Notes: generated by a model not told the origin, from the letters alone. A stretch of DNA of 64,000 bases from an uncultured Nitrospiraceae bacterium (GCA_963705105.1 CAVPIW010000007.1:224001-288000); one strand, 5' to 3'; positions 9,799 through 20,426 are shown, counted from the first letter of the stretch. Numbers and translations are program-made.

Positions 9799-10891
9799 CC
9801 TGACGACGACAACGAAATCGGGAGGCATCGAGACCTTCAACTGGGAACTGGGGAAAGCCCTTGCCGCGCGGGGTCACCGCGTCGACCTCTTCGGCGGCAT
9901 AGGCTCAAAAGCCCGCCCCGGTCAGGACGGCCTGTCAGTGCGCCTCTATCCGTTCCTGGCGAGGGAACTCATTCCCAACCTGGGCACGAGGTTCAGGAAA
10001 TTCGCCGAACGGCTCTCCTTTGCGCTCTTTGCCGTCCGGGACCTCGCCGGAGGTCGCTACGATTTCATCTATGTCTCGAAACCCTTCGACATTCCGGCGG
10101 CCCTCGTCGCATCGCGCATGTCCCATGCGCGGGTGATCTACGGCTCCGGCGGCACGGAGTTCTTCCCCCTTTATGGGTCCCTCGTGAAGAAGGTCGACCA
10201 GATCTTCGCCTGCAGCGCCTTCAACGCATCCCAGATCGAGGAGTATTGCGGTGTGAAGCCCCGTGTCCTATACAACGGCGTCAATACGGATCTGTTCCGC
10301 CCCCTCCCTCCCGATGAGACACTGAGGAGCAAGGTCGGACTCGGCCGGGATGATTTTGTCCTTATGAGCGCATGCAGGCTTGTGGGATGGAAAGGCATCC
10401 AGGTTGCCCTGAAGGCGTTGCAGAAGATCCTCCGGAAGGGCCTTGCCGTGCAGTATGTCATCATCGGCGACGGTGAGTATAGTCAGGACCTCAAAGCCCT
10501 CTCCGAAGGACTCGGCATCGCGGAGAGGGTCCACTTCACCGGTTCCGTAGAGAACGCCCTGTTGCCGAATTATTATTCCCTGGCCGGTGCCGCAGTTTTC
10601 CCGAGCATCGCCAACGAGACCTTCGGCATTGCGATCGCCGAGGCGATGGCCTGCGGCATCCCTGTCCTGTCGACAACCGTCGGGGGCATCCCCGAGGTGG
10701 TTGGAAACGCCGGCATACTCCTTCCCCCCTCTGATGAAGGAGTCCTCGTCGATGCGCTGGAGAGCCTCATCGCCGACCCTGATATGCGGAAAGAGACGGG
10801 AGCGAGGGGAAGAGAGCGTGTTGCTCAACGGTTCGGCTGGGATGTTATAGTAAATATTTTCGAAAACTATCTGGGTATAAAAGGATCATAA
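9779..10891 (+). CDS. Glycosyltransferase family 4
   Basis: SGGIETF, RLVGWKG, ETFGIAIAEAMACG. Confidence 0.9.
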   Translation: MRIALYNLTTTTKSGGIETFNWELGKALAARGHRVDLFGGIGSKARPGQDGLSVRLYPFLARELIPNLGTRFRKFAERLSFALFAVRDLAGGRYDFIYVSKPFDIPAALVASRMSHARVIYGSGGTEFFPLYGSLVKKVDQIFACSAFNASQIEEYCGVKPRVLYNGVNTDLFRPLPPDETLRSKVGLGRDDFVLMSACRLVGWKGIQVALKALQKILRKGLAVQYVIIGDGEYSQDLKALSEGLGIAERVHFTGSVENALLPNYYSLAGAAVFPSIANETFGIAIAEAMACGIPVLSTTVGGIPEVVGNAGILLPPSDEGVLVDALESLIADPDMRKETGARGRERVAQRFGWDVIVNIFENYLGIKGS

Positions 10892-10906
10892 ATACGTGGA
10901 GAAAGC

Positions 10907-12136
10907 ATGATAGCCGGGATGACGGGAAAAGACGGCACATTGCCGGACCGGACCCTCGTCACCGGCATGGAACTGGGCACGTACGTTTTCACCCTGCTCA
11001 TGTTCGCAGGCGCTTTCGGGACGATCAGGGAAGCCGGCCTCTATCTGCCGCCCGCGCTCTGGCTGATCCGGTGCGGCCTCAGACGGACGATCGACCTCAA
11101 CTGGCGTGAGCCTCTCTTTGTCTGCCTCATCGCACTCTCCGTCTCAGGGTTCCTCTCGTCATTCCTCGCTCATGGGCTGTCGCAGGCTTTGCTCCTTTTC
11201 AAGAGGGAATACCTCAAGATGATCCTCCTGTATTGCGTCATATCGACGGTGTTCACCCCTGTGAGAAGGCTGGAATCGCTGTGCCGGTTTCTCGCTTTCG
11301 CCGGTCTGCCCTACCTGCTCTACGCGGCATACACGCTCAGCGTCAATCTCGTGCAGACGGGCACGACGGTGTATCTGGAAACCCGTTACTTTGCGACGAT
11401 CATCATCTTCTTTCTCCCCTTCTTCCTGCTTCAGAGCGCTACGACACCGGCCGGACGATGGATGGTGTGGAAGGTCCCCGTTGTCGTCTCTTTCATAGAA
11501 CTCATCGTCATCGGCGTCAGAGGGAGCTGGCTCGCCGCGGCGACGATCCTCGCCATCTGGCGATTGTCCTGGAAAAGACCCCGGCATAGGTGGAACGTCA
11601 GGAGAGCCATGCTTGCCGTTGTCGTCGTCCTCCTCGGCGTGATCGTCGTCTTCCTCCTCTTTCCCTCCCAGTTTCAGCTTATCCGCGAGCATACCTTCGC
11701 CGTCATCCAGATGTCGCTCCGGCTGGAGGGATGGGAGGTCTTTGTCGCCATGGCTCTCGACCGGCCGCTATTCGGTCACGGTCTCGACGACACGAGCATG
11801 TCCGCCCGGTTCAAAGAGGTCTACAGGGAGATGAAGGGGACGGAAGTCCCGCCGCTGGTGCCGACGACGCCCCACAGCCAGTTTCTGAAGATCTTCTACC
11901 AGCAGGGGCTTCCCGGTCTCCTGCTGTACCTGTCGCTGCTTCTCCTCTTTGTCTGGCGTCTCATTTCAACAGCCGCCCGGAGACCGGGAGTATCGCTGGG
12001 GATCGTGGCTGCGCTGATCGCGGGATGCCTCGGCGAGTATGCCCTGCACTGCCTGATCGAAGACAGGAGTCTCATCCCCCTCGGCGTGCTCCTTGGAATG
12101 GCAGGGGCCTTCATCGGTCCGGGGAGGAAGCGGTGA
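10907..12136 (+). CDS. O-antigen ligase (WaaL-like) membrane protein
   Basis: Multiple TM helices, RGSW, RPLFGHG, PHSQFL, in LPS operon. Confidence 0.85.
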   Translation: MIAGMTGKDGTLPDRTLVTGMELGTYVFTLLMFAGAFGTIREAGLYLPPALWLIRCGLRRTIDLNWREPLFVCLIALSVSGFLSSFLAHGLSQALLLFKREYLKMILLYCVISTVFTPVRRLESLCRFLAFAGLPYLLYAAYTLSVNLVQTGTTVYLETRYFATIIIFFLPFFLLQSATTPAGRWMVWKVPVVVSFIELIVIGVRGSWLAAATILAIWRLSWKRPRHRWNVRRAMLAVVVVLLGVIVVFLLFPSQFQLIREHTFAVIQMSLRLEGWEVFVAMALDRPLFGHGLDDTSMSARFKEVYREMKGTEVPPLVPTTPHSQFLKIFYQQGLPGLLLYLSLLLLFVWRLISTAARRPGVSLGIVAALIAGCLGEYALHCLIEDRSLIPLGVLLGMAGAFIGPGRKR

Positions 12137-13305
12137 AGCAGCCCGTCACGATCGTGTATCCCGTTCCGGAAGCCCTCCCAGACCCGAGGGCGCGCTTCAT
12201 ACAGATCGTCAATACCTGTTCCGCCCTTGCGCAGTCCGGTGTGAAGGTCGTCCTCATCTGCGGCGGGGGCAGGGGCGCTACCCGTGACGAGATCCTCTCA
12301 TTCTACGGCATTCCCGACCACGAGAACCTGGTCATTCAACCCCTCCCGATGCTGCGAAGGGCCGGCGTTGGTCATTTCAGCGTTTCCTGGCACGGAGTGT
12401 TCCAGATCAGCCTCTTTGCACACCTCATGAGGGAGAGATCGTACAGAAAGGCATGGACGGTGCTCTTCGTCAGGCACCTGAAGCTTGCGGCCTTCCTCCT
12501 GAAGTGGAAGCGGCTCATCCCCTTCCCGATGATCTTCGAAGTCCACGAGATCTTTCACCTGACGACGGTGAAGAAGAAAAAGAGGGATTTGCTCAAGGCC
12601 CTGGAAAAGCGAGTCTACCATCGTGCCGATGCCATCGTCGCGATCTCTCACGCCATCGAGGACTTTCTCGTTGCCATGAATATCCCCGGGTCGTCGATCC
12701 ACGTCATCCACAACGGGATCAAGAAAGAGTGGTTCGACCTCCACGGCCAGGCGAGTCCCTCCTACATCTGCTATACCGGGAGCCTCTACGCATGGAAAGG
12801 CGTGGACACGATCATATCAGCCATGAGATACCTGCCCGGCGAAAGACTGCTCATCGTCGGCGGCGGCAGCCGGCTTGACGAATTGAAGAGACTGGCCGAA
12901 AGCGAGGGCGTTTCCGACAGGGTCGTCTTTGCCGGACCGGTTCCCCACTCGGCCATACCGGAGTATCTTTCGCAGGCGAAGATCACCATTCTGCCCAATG
13001 TGCCCGACGGCCCGACGGAGTTCTCGTCACCGCTGAAGCTCTTCGAATACATGGCCAGCGGCATCCCGATCGTGGCAACGGACATTCCCGTTTTCCGGGA
13101 GATCCTCACGGACAGGGTGAATGCCATGATCTGCAAACCGAACAACCCCGAGACACTGGCGTCCTGCATAGACGGGATCGTCCACAACCGGGACATGGCG
13201 ACAGAGCTCGGCAGGAGAGCGAAGGAGCTCGCGATGAATTACACCTATGAAAAAAGGGCCGAGAAGATCCTCTCCGTCATCGCCGGCATCCTCCCGCAGG
13301 CATGA
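12133..13305 (+). CDS. Glycosyltransferase family 4
   Basis: YTGSLYAWKGV, SPLKLFEYMASG. Confidence 0.9.
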   Translation: MKQPVTIVYPVPEALPDPRARFIQIVNTCSALAQSGVKVVLICGGGRGATRDEILSFYGIPDHENLVIQPLPMLRRAGVGHFSVSWHGVFQISLFAHLMRERSYRKAWTVLFVRHLKLAAFLLKWKRLIPFPMIFEVHEIFHLTTVKKKKRDLLKALEKRVYHRADAIVAISHAIEDFLVAMNIPGSSIHVIHNGIKKEWFDLHGQASPSYICYTGSLYAWKGVDTIISAMRYLPGERLLIVGGGSRLDELKRLAESEGVSDRVVFAGPVPHSAIPEYLSQAKITILPNVPDGPTEFSSPLKLFEYMASGIPIVATDIPVFREILTDRVNAMICKPNNPETLASCIDGIVHNRDMATELGRRAKELAMNYTYEKRAEKILSVIAGILPQA

Positions 13306-14309
13306 AGATCCTCTTCATCAGGCGCGACAACATCGGCGACCTCCTCTGCACGACGCCGGCCGTGAGGGCCACTCGCCTGCATTTTCCCGACGCGACGATC
13401 GGCATGCTCGTCAACACATACAACGCAGAAGCCGTCATGAACAACCCCGACATCGACCGGCTCTACATGTATGAAAAAGCGAAGCACGCGGTGGGTAAAG
13501 GCAAACTGTCCGTCTGGAGGAGCAACCTGGACATACTCCGCCGCGTCCGTTCGGAATCCTATGACGTGGCCATCGGATGCGGCTCCTATTCGAAGAGACT
13601 CGCGCGGTACACCTTCTTCACGGGTGCACCAAAAAGAATCGGGTATGTGAAAGAACATGTGAAAGCGCCCTGGTACACCGTGCCGCTGCCCGACAGGCAG
13701 GAGCGTCTCCACGAGGTGGAGCGGACCTTCAGGCTCCTGGCACCCCTCGGGATCGGCGGTGAGCCCCCGCCTATGCGCGTCGTCCCCGGTGATGATGAGG
13801 TTCGCCGAGTTCAGGCGATTCTCAGGGAGGCTGGAAAGAAGCGCGGTCCCGTGATCGCCTTCCACATCAGCAGCAGGAGGCGGGAGAACCGGTGGGATGT
13901 GAAGAAATTCATTGAGCTCGGTGAGCGACTTTCCCGTGAAGCAGACGCCTCCATTCTGCTCCTCTGGGCGCCGGGCAGCCACGACAATGTCACCCACCCC
14001 GGCGATGATGAAATGGCGGCGACCATTGTCGACCGGATGGAACCGAAACCGGTGGCCTGCCCGACGGCCCGCCTCGCAGAACTGATTGCAGCACTCAGCG
14101 TGTGCAACCTCGTCGTCTGCTGCGACGGAGGAGCGATGCACATCGCCGCAGCCCTCGGAAAGCCTCTCGTCGTCCTCTGGGGCTCGACGGACCCGGCCCG
14201 CTGGAGTCCCTGGAAGACGGCGCACGTCCTCGTGAGTGACGGAACGGGGAGGGCTGAGCATGTGCCGGTGGAGGCTGTCCTGGAGGCGATAAAAAGCATC
14301 CTGCCGTGA
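13302..14309 (+). CDS. Glycosyltransferase family 9
   Basis: RRDNIGDLLCTTP, DGGAMHIAAA. Confidence 0.9.
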   Translation: MKILFIRRDNIGDLLCTTPAVRATRLHFPDATIGMLVNTYNAEAVMNNPDIDRLYMYEKAKHAVGKGKLSVWRSNLDILRRVRSESYDVAIGCGSYSKRLARYTFFTGAPKRIGYVKEHVKAPWYTVPLPDRQERLHEVERTFRLLAPLGIGGEPPPMRVVPGDDEVRRVQAILREAGKKRGPVIAFHISSRRRENRWDVKKFIELGERLSREADASILLLWAPGSHDNVTHPGDDEMAATIVDRMEPKPVACPTARLAELIAALSVCNLVVCCDGGAMHIAAALGKPLVVLWGSTDPARWSPWKTAHVLVSDGTGRAEHVPVEAVLEAIKSILP

Positions 14310-14322
14310 TCAGCGGTCATGG

Positions 14323-15555
14323 TCAGTTCATTTCGTAGAGAAGCCGTACCTCTTCGGCTGAAAGAGGCCTGTCATAAATGCGGGTCTCTCCTATGCCGCC
14401 CTTGAAGGTGAAGAACCGGCTGTTCGATCGCGCCGCCAGCGTCGTTCCCCTGCCTACCGAAAAGACATTTTTAAAGGGGACATCGGCGAAGAATTTCATT
14501 GTCCCGGCATTGCCGGCATTGTAATGACGCTGCGCCATCTCGACGCCGTTAAGGTATCCCGTGTTGCCGGCATCGCTCACAACAGCCGCGAAATGGTACC
14601 AGCGTCCCTGCGCAAGATTGACTCCGGAATCGAAGCAGAGGATGAGCTTGCCGTATGCGGCGACGGTGAAGTATAGTTTTTCGTTCGACAGGCTGTTCTG
14701 ACCGACTTCGATGACGAGGAAGTTGTTGAATCCGTTCTCGCCGAGATAGAGGACCGGCGACACGGCATTTCCCAGGGGAATCCCCTCGTAGTAAAACCAT
14801 ACCGAAATGGTGCCCTGCTTCAGCCTGCCGACGAGATCGGCGGCCCGTGACGGCAGGTCCGCCTCGCCTGTCAGCCCGTTGAAGGAGACGGCATAGCCCG
14901 ACGCCGGCCCGGACGCCCAGCGGCCGCCCAGGATCGTCCCGTGAAGATTATTGTCCGAATGATCGTGGAGAATCGTCCCCGTCCCCTCGGAGAAGGGATA
15001 ATACAAGGCGAGCCCTTTCCCGGGATCGGGAGGGCTCAGGGGTATGGAGAAGTCCGTCATCCAGAGCATGAAGCTGTCGAGGCTCCGGCGGGGCGTGACG
15101 AGGAGGGCGACGGTATAGCTCCCGGCAGGAATGGACGATGCGGGGAGACTGAAGAGGCTCTCGTCGACGGGATCAGGCGCCGTCGTCTTTCTCCACGGTT
15201 CCGCCTCACCGGAGAGGAGTGCCTGATAGACGTCTTTCACAGGAATGGACTGAACGGACCCGTCCGGTTTCATGTTAAAAACGACCGATGTATCGAGCGA
15301 TGAAAGGATGATGACGTACATGTCGACGGGACTGTTGAACTGCTGGATTTTCACGCTGATATCGAGGTTGCTTCCCCCGTTGACGGCAGGTCCTATGCCG
15401 ACCGGCCTGGCCTGAGCCGGGTCATCGTCGACGACGGGCAGGGCCACAGCATCGTAGGTGAACGTCCTCTGTCCGCTCAGGACCGCGGCGAATGCCGGAC
15501 CGGCGCTGAGAAAAAGCACCATCGCAAGCAGCATGATCGTCAGACTTCTTTTCAT
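14323..15555 (-). CDS. Secreted protein: uncharacterised N-terminal domain + LamG/concanavalin-like domain
   Basis: Signal peptide; LYYPFSEGTG, GRWYHFAAV, FKGGIGETRIYDRPLSAEEV. Confidence 0.85.
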   Translation of the reverse strand: MKRSLTIMLLAMVLFLSAGPAFAAVLSGQRTFTYDAVALPVVDDDPAQARPVGIGPAVNGGSNLDISVKIQQFNSPVDMYVIILSSLDTSVVFNMKPDGSVQSIPVKDVYQALLSGEAEPWRKTTAPDPVDESLFSLPASSIPAGSYTVALLVTPRRSLDSFMLWMTDFSIPLSPPDPGKGLALYYPFSEGTGTILHDHSDNNLHGTILGGRWASGPASGYAVSFNGLTGEADLPSRAADLVGRLKQGTISVWFYYEGIPLGNAVSPVLYLGENGFNNFLVIEVGQNSLSNEKLYFTVAAYGKLILCFDSGVNLAQGRWYHFAAVVSDAGNTGYLNGVEMAQRHYNAGNAGTMKFFADVPFKNVFSVGRGTTLAARSNSRFFTFKGGIGETRIYDRPLSAEEVRLLYEMN

Positions 15556-15649
15556 ATCGTTTTACCCCTGTCCGGATGATTGTGAATGCTGAAGATATAG
15601 TTCTGTTATCGTCCGTTGCGGCGCATCGATGCAGTGTCCCGCAGGTTTA

Positions 15650-15836
15650 CCGTATCGTTGCAATACACTCCCGGGAAAGGCAGGGCGTATGCGCCGAAAA
15701 CCTTGCTGCGGCGACACATTTCCGTTACGAAAGGGAATATTTTAAGCCGATGGTCGAAAAGTGAGCTTTTTAATGACACGCACACTGACACTGTTTTTCA
15801 GAGCGCTTCGCCCCGCCTTTCAATGCAACTGCAAGG
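15650..15836 (+). mobile_element. MITE family A copy (left type 1 + short right module)
   Basis: CCGTATCGTTGCAATACACTCCCGGGAAAGG ... GCGCTTCGCCCCGCCTTTCAATGCAACTGCAAGG. Confidence 0.9.
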
Positions 15837-15889
15837 AAAGGACGTTGAATTCCGATTGGATTTTATTTCCCTTTATGATATGGTTAGAT

Positions 15890-16306
15890 ATGATTCGCTT
15901 TAAAAAGATTCCTGAAGACATTCACGAAAGAATCGGTCTCCTGACCGATATTTTCTCAGAAGATTCCAACATCGTCTTTGCCTATCTCTTCGGAGGATTG
16001 CTAAGAGATAAAGCGAGTCCCTTGAGCGATGTCGATGTGGCAATATATGTGAATAATGTGAAAAGTCTGGATTATCTCGCCTTATTCGGCAAGATTTCGG
16101 AAACCCTTTCCACCGATGAGATCGACCTGGTGGTCCTGAATTCGGCGCCCGTCAGCCTTGCCGGAAGGATCGTGCAGAAGAGAAAAGTCCTGATCGACAA
16201 GGACCCTTTTTTGAGACACAAATACGAATCGCGGATGCTGAGGGAATTTTTCGACTTTTCAGTAAAAGAACGGGAGATTCTTCACCGGAGGTACGGCATT
16301 GGTTGA
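15890..16306 (+). CDS. Minimal nucleotidyltransferase (MntA-like antitoxin)
   Basis: IVFAYLFGG...SDVDVAIY, IDLVVLNSAP. Confidence 0.88.
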   Translation: MIRFKKIPEDIHERIGLLTDIFSEDSNIVFAYLFGGLLRDKASPLSDVDVAIYVNNVKSLDYLALFGKISETLSTDEIDLVVLNSAPVSLAGRIVQKRKVLIDKDPFLRHKYESRMLREFFDFSVKEREILHRRYGIG

Positions 16307-16463
16307 CAGTCTCCTGGTGGGAAGAAAGCTTGGGCAGATCGATACTTATCTGAAGCAGATCGGGGATTACTCGAAGATTTCGCTGACACAATACAAGGAC
16401 GACTGGAAACAGTACAAGAAAAGGATCATTAAATACTTATCCGCGCAGGAAAGCAGCAAATAA
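16299..16463 (+). pseudogene. HepT/DUF86 toxin with in-frame internal deletion (54 aa)
   Basis: Manual translation MVDSLLVGRKLGQIDTYLKQIGDYSKISLTQYKDDWK|QYKKRIIKYLSAQESSK; N- and C-terminal helices present, RX4H core absent; overlaps MNT stop. Confidence 0.7.
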
Positions 16464-16486
16464 TCCTCTCCTGCCGCAGTCCGGGC

Positions 16487-17281
16487 TTACTTCGCCGCGA
16501 TCCACCCGGCAATCTTTGTGACAACTACCCTCTCATTTCCGTTAAACCCATGGAAAGCGAAAGCCTCGCAGGGGTCTCCGCGGTCTTCACCGCCTGTGAC
16601 GGTGATGAGTTCTTTTCGGGGCGCCCCTTCCAGTCTTTTCATGAGCTGCGGAATGTCCCTGTACAAGCAGTGCTTGCAGCCGTCCATTTCGTGGTGCACA
16701 ACGAGGATGGGAACGGCTATGGATCCCAGCGGCATTGCCGGCACGGGACGACTCTTGTCGTCAGTAAGTATCGTTGAGGTCAACACGAGCCCGTCGGGCC
16801 CGCCGTCTTTGACCCCGAGTTGTGTCGCTACGAAGGCGGCTGATTGGGTCCCCCGGCTCGTCCCGACAAGCCAGACCGGCACATTGTGCTGTTTCTTGAG
16901 CCACGCAATGACCGCCTTGACGTCCTCGACATGTTCGGCCTTTTGACGGAAACCGCCGAGGTATGGAGGATTCTGCCGGTCCGACGGCGCATCGATGACC
17001 AGAACAGACAAACCATTGTCGGCGAATTCCTGACGCGTCCGGACCAGGAAATTTTCCTTGCCCCATTTGAGGCTGCCGTTTTGAGATATCTGGAGACCGC
17101 CGTGTCCTCCGGGGAACAGTATGACCGCAGCCTTGGGATTCTCCGGTGACCGATAAAGAAACCTCTGCGTGACGCCGGGACGGGTCGGGACGTCGACGAC
17201 CTTTTCCGGGACCTGCGCGACGACACTTTGGCTGATAAAAATCATTGCGACAAAACACCAGAATGCAAGCAGCTGTTTCAC
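16487..17281 (-). CDS. Exported alpha/beta hydrolase
   Basis: Signal peptide, GTSRG nucleophile motif, HHEMDGC, FHGF. Confidence 0.85.
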   Translation of the reverse strand: MKQLLAFWCFVAMIFISQSVVAQVPEKVVDVPTRPGVTQRFLYRSPENPKAAVILFPGGHGGLQISQNGSLKWGKENFLVRTRQEFADNGLSVLVIDAPSDRQNPPYLGGFRQKAEHVEDVKAVIAWLKKQHNVPVWLVGTSRGTQSAAFVATQLGVKDGGPDGLVLTSTILTDDKSRPVPAMPLGSIAVPILVVHHEMDGCKHCLYRDIPQLMKRLEGAPRKELITVTGGEDRGDPCEAFAFHGFNGNERVVVTKIAGWIAAK

Positions 17282-17378
17282 AAGACCTCCTTCCCGGCCG
17301 TCTTATCATCGCGAAGACCCGGCGCTTTCCGCCCCGCCTTCACAGGTGGTTTAGCTTTGTCGGGGTTCTCTTCTTTAA

Positions 17379-17590
17379 CTTTATCGTTGCAATACAGTCC
17401 CGGGAAAGGCGGGGCGTATGCGTCGAAAACCTTGCTGCGGCGACACCATAACTCTCACAGAAGACAACCTTTCAAACCAATGGTCGACCACACAAAGAGT
17501 GGACTCCTGAAAGACAAACCTGACGAGGAGTATCGTCGCCTTCAGCAAGGCTTTGAGGCACTTCGCCCCGCCTTTCTATGCACCTCAAGG
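17379..17590 (+). mobile_element. MITE family A copy (left type 1 + long right module)
   Basis: CTTTATCGTTGCAATAC... CACAAAGAGTGG... TCGCCTTCAGCAAGGCTTTGAGGCACTTCGCCCCGCCTTTCTATGCACCTCAAGG. Confidence 0.92.
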
Positions 17591-17690
17591 TAATTTAACT
17601 TGTATCACATAATTCTTTCACTATTCTTTCACTTGCCCATGAGCAATATTAATGAATTTCTATTAATAGCTTCAACGGACCGTCAGCGGC

Positions 17691-20426
17691 TCAGCGAGGC
17701 GTTATCGTCAGGCTGACATCGCGGGACGTGTTTCCATCTCCGTTGGACACGTTGACGAAGTCCACCGTGGCCGTATGCGAGCCTGCTGAAACATCGTCCG
17801 GCGACAGCGACACGGTCACGTTGACGCTGTCACCCGGCTCCAGCTTCCCCCGGGCGCTCGTCGCCCCGACAACGGGGCTTCCCACGATCGCAGACACCTG
17901 CTGAAAACCCGTCATTATGTCATTTTTTTCCACGTGGACCCACCACATCGACCCGGTCGCGGACCAGTTCAAAGGGGCATGGCCCGTGTTCTTCAACGTA
18001 TACACCTTCTTTGAGGGAGTGAAGGGTCCTCCTACAGGGCCTGAGGAGGGGAAGCCCCCTGCAGGCGCCACCTCCAGCGTTCCACCCGCGCCACCCTGCT
18101 TGAGCGGCCACTCATCGCCGATGGGACACCACTCGGGCGATCTGAGTTTCTTGCCCAGGACCTTGACCTCGGCGCCGACGCAGACCTCGTAACCCGCCGA
18201 GAGGGTCCAGGACAGGGGAGGGGCCCACGCCGCCATCTTCAGGTAGCCTTTCGCGTTCACAAAGGGCCCTCCCGCGCCGTAAAAGAGCATTGCCAACTCG
18301 GGGCTCACATAACCCCTGAGCGAGGCCGCCGTGGACACGGTCGGTTCCTGAAAATCGAGATTCCTCGTGGTCTCACCGACGGGACTCCATCCCTTCTTTC
18401 TCTTGTACCTGACGCCGGCCTTCAGTGACGTCTCCACTTTTACTCCCGCCGTCACCCCGGCATCCGCATGTCCATCCACACCCACGTATAAACTCACCTT
18501 CGGCACGACGACGAGACAACACCCTATGAGCATGGGCTTGAAGGCCTTCTCCGCTATTTTTACCCTCCCTTCTCCCTGAAAGTTTCCTGTCACGCTCGCC
18601 GTCAATTCATTGGTGTTGGTGATTTTCAAGATCGCCCTGAAGTCCTTGACATAGGGAAAAATGAGATTTGTGCAGCAGCCGATGTGCAGCCCGAAGTCAG
18701 GTTCAAAGCCGACCGTGATGCGACCCCTGAGCGTCACGCCGTGGACAGACCTGTTGAAATCTCCTCCCATATCGGCAGCGGGGTCTGAAACCGCGGGCGT
18801 GATGTCATTGATGACCTTGTCGATTTCAAGTTCGATCTCCGGCCTGCCGGCGACTCTTCGCACTGCGACAATCCTGACCCCGCTCTCGAGTCGTGTGGAC
18901 GCCAGATCGATCTCCAGGTCCTCAGCGGACGCAAGAAAGGTCCCTTCGATCACCGCATCCTCGAGGGTGGCGTCTTCCGTCTCAATCTTCAATTCCCCAT
19001 GGGATGTCGCCATGCCGACTATCCGCCGAATGAAGCCGGTGCGGGCATTGTTTACAGCATCATCGGTTTGCTCGACAACAGTGCTCACAATGATGTCCCC
19101 GGCCTGAAGGGGGACCAGATTCAGAATCCGGGGATCGAAGTAATAGGCGGTCCCCTCCTGCCGGAGGAGAAGGCTTACCGCCGCTGCATCGAGTATCCTG
19201 ACCGAGGGGTCGAGCTTCGTCTCTTTGAGAGCGAACGTGGGCTGAACGGTCCTGTTCCCGTTGACGGTGACGGTGCACGTCCTGTTGCTCGGGGTCCAGC
19301 CGGGCATCCCGTCGCACCCTTCCCAGGCATGAAACACCGAGTCGGCATCCGGGGTGGCCGTCAAAACGACGGTCGTGCCCGGCCGGTATGACGCAGAGCA
19401 CGTATCGCCGCAGTTGATTCCGCCTGCATCGCTTGTGACAAGGCCGTTGCCGAGCGTTTCCACCGTGAGGGTCGTTGAGGACACTTCTGCGCCCCAAAGG
19501 TAGAAATGATCGAGGGAGCCCGTCGGGGTTACGACGACATAGAACTTATACACCCCCGGGGGAAGAGTTGATAGGGATACGTCCGACATGACGGTTTCCA
19601 GGACAGGCCCGGTGTGATTCTCTTTCCATTTCACGATACCGGACGAAAAGGGCGAGAGTTCATTCAGACCGTTGAGGAGGTAGATGTTATCCGGATCCAC
19701 GGCGGGCCAAAACGTGGCAAGATAGACGTCCACGGGCGAGGAAAACTCAGGAAGGCCTATCCTGACCGTGAGGACATCTTCACCGGTTGCCGCAGATCCG
19801 AGGCCGATCGGGCTTGCCTTGCCGGCAATCGTATGAACGAGCGGCATGGCCGTTGCCTGCAGGGCGAAAGACTCCTGTCCCGCCGGAGGGGCCATCCGGC
19901 CGGGAGGCACGACAAACGATGTTTTGTAGAGAATGCATCTGCCGAGATCGTCATGGGGGGTGATCAGGAGGTACAGGTAGTATGTCCCCGGGGGGAGGCT
20001 CTGCACCGGCATGCTCCCGTAGAGAGACTCCTCGACGGGGGAGGAAACGTTGTCCTTCCATTTTGCAGGTCCCGAAGAAAGGGCAGCGACGGAAAGGTCA
20101 GGCCTGATGAGGAAAATTTCGGTATCCAGAAACGGAGCATGGATGGCGAAATATACGTCAACAGGGCCGGAGAACTGCGGCAGAGCCACCTGGAGGGTGA
20201 CGTTGCCGCCTGTCCCTGCGACACTGCCGACGCCGACGGGCTTCGCAGACGCGGCCTGCAGGCTCGGAGCCGGATGCTGCACAGGGTCGTACTCGATGAC
20301 CTCCTGTCCCGCCGGCAAAGGAGCAACTTGTGCTTCCGCCGCGACGACACAGAAAAATCCGAAGATTACAGAGAAAACCGTCATCCACACCACCGCAACC
20401 GATGCCATCTCCAGCAGCCGTTTCAT
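17691..20426 (-). CDS. Large secreted/surface protein: two copies of an uncharacterised N-terminal domain, InlB B-repeat-like domain, C-terminal BACON/Ig-like domain
   Basis: Signal peptide; GINCGDTCSASY..VVLTATPDADSVFHAWEGC; YTLKNTGHAPLNWSA. Confidence 0.8.
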   Translation of the reverse strand: MKRLLEMASVAVVWMTVFSVIFGFFCVVAAEAQVAPLPAGQEVIEYDPVQHPAPSLQAASAKPVGVGSVAGTGGNVTLQVALPQFSGPVDVYFAIHAPFLDTEIFLIRPDLSVAALSSGPAKWKDNVSSPVEESLYGSMPVQSLPPGTYYLYLLITPHDDLGRCILYKTSFVVPPGRMAPPAGQESFALQATAMPLVHTIAGKASPIGLGSAATGEDVLTVRIGLPEFSSPVDVYLATFWPAVDPDNIYLLNGLNELSPFSSGIVKWKENHTGPVLETVMSDVSLSTLPPGVYKFYVVVTPTGSLDHFYLWGAEVSSTTLTVETLGNGLVTSDAGGINCGDTCSASYRPGTTVVLTATPDADSVFHAWEGCDGMPGWTPSNRTCTVTVNGNRTVQPTFALKETKLDPSVRILDAAAVSLLLRQEGTAYYFDPRILNLVPLQAGDIIVSTVVEQTDDAVNNARTGFIRRIVGMATSHGELKIETEDATLEDAVIEGTFLASAEDLEIDLASTRLESGVRIVAVRRVAGRPEIELEIDKVINDITPAVSDPAADMGGDFNRSVHGVTLRGRITVGFEPDFGLHIGCCTNLIFPYVKDFRAILKITNTNELTASVTGNFQGEGRVKIAEKAFKPMLIGCCLVVVPKVSLYVGVDGHADAGVTAGVKVETSLKAGVRYKRKKGWSPVGETTRNLDFQEPTVSTAASLRGYVSPELAMLFYGAGGPFVNAKGYLKMAAWAPPLSWTLSAGYEVCVGAEVKVLGKKLRSPEWCPIGDEWPLKQGGAGGTLEVAPAGGFPSSGPVGGPFTPSKKVYTLKNTGHAPLNWSATGSMWWVHVEKNDIMTGFQQVSAIVGSPVVGATSARGKLEPGDSVNVTVSLSPDDVSAGSHTATVDFVNVSNGDGNTSRDVSLTITPR

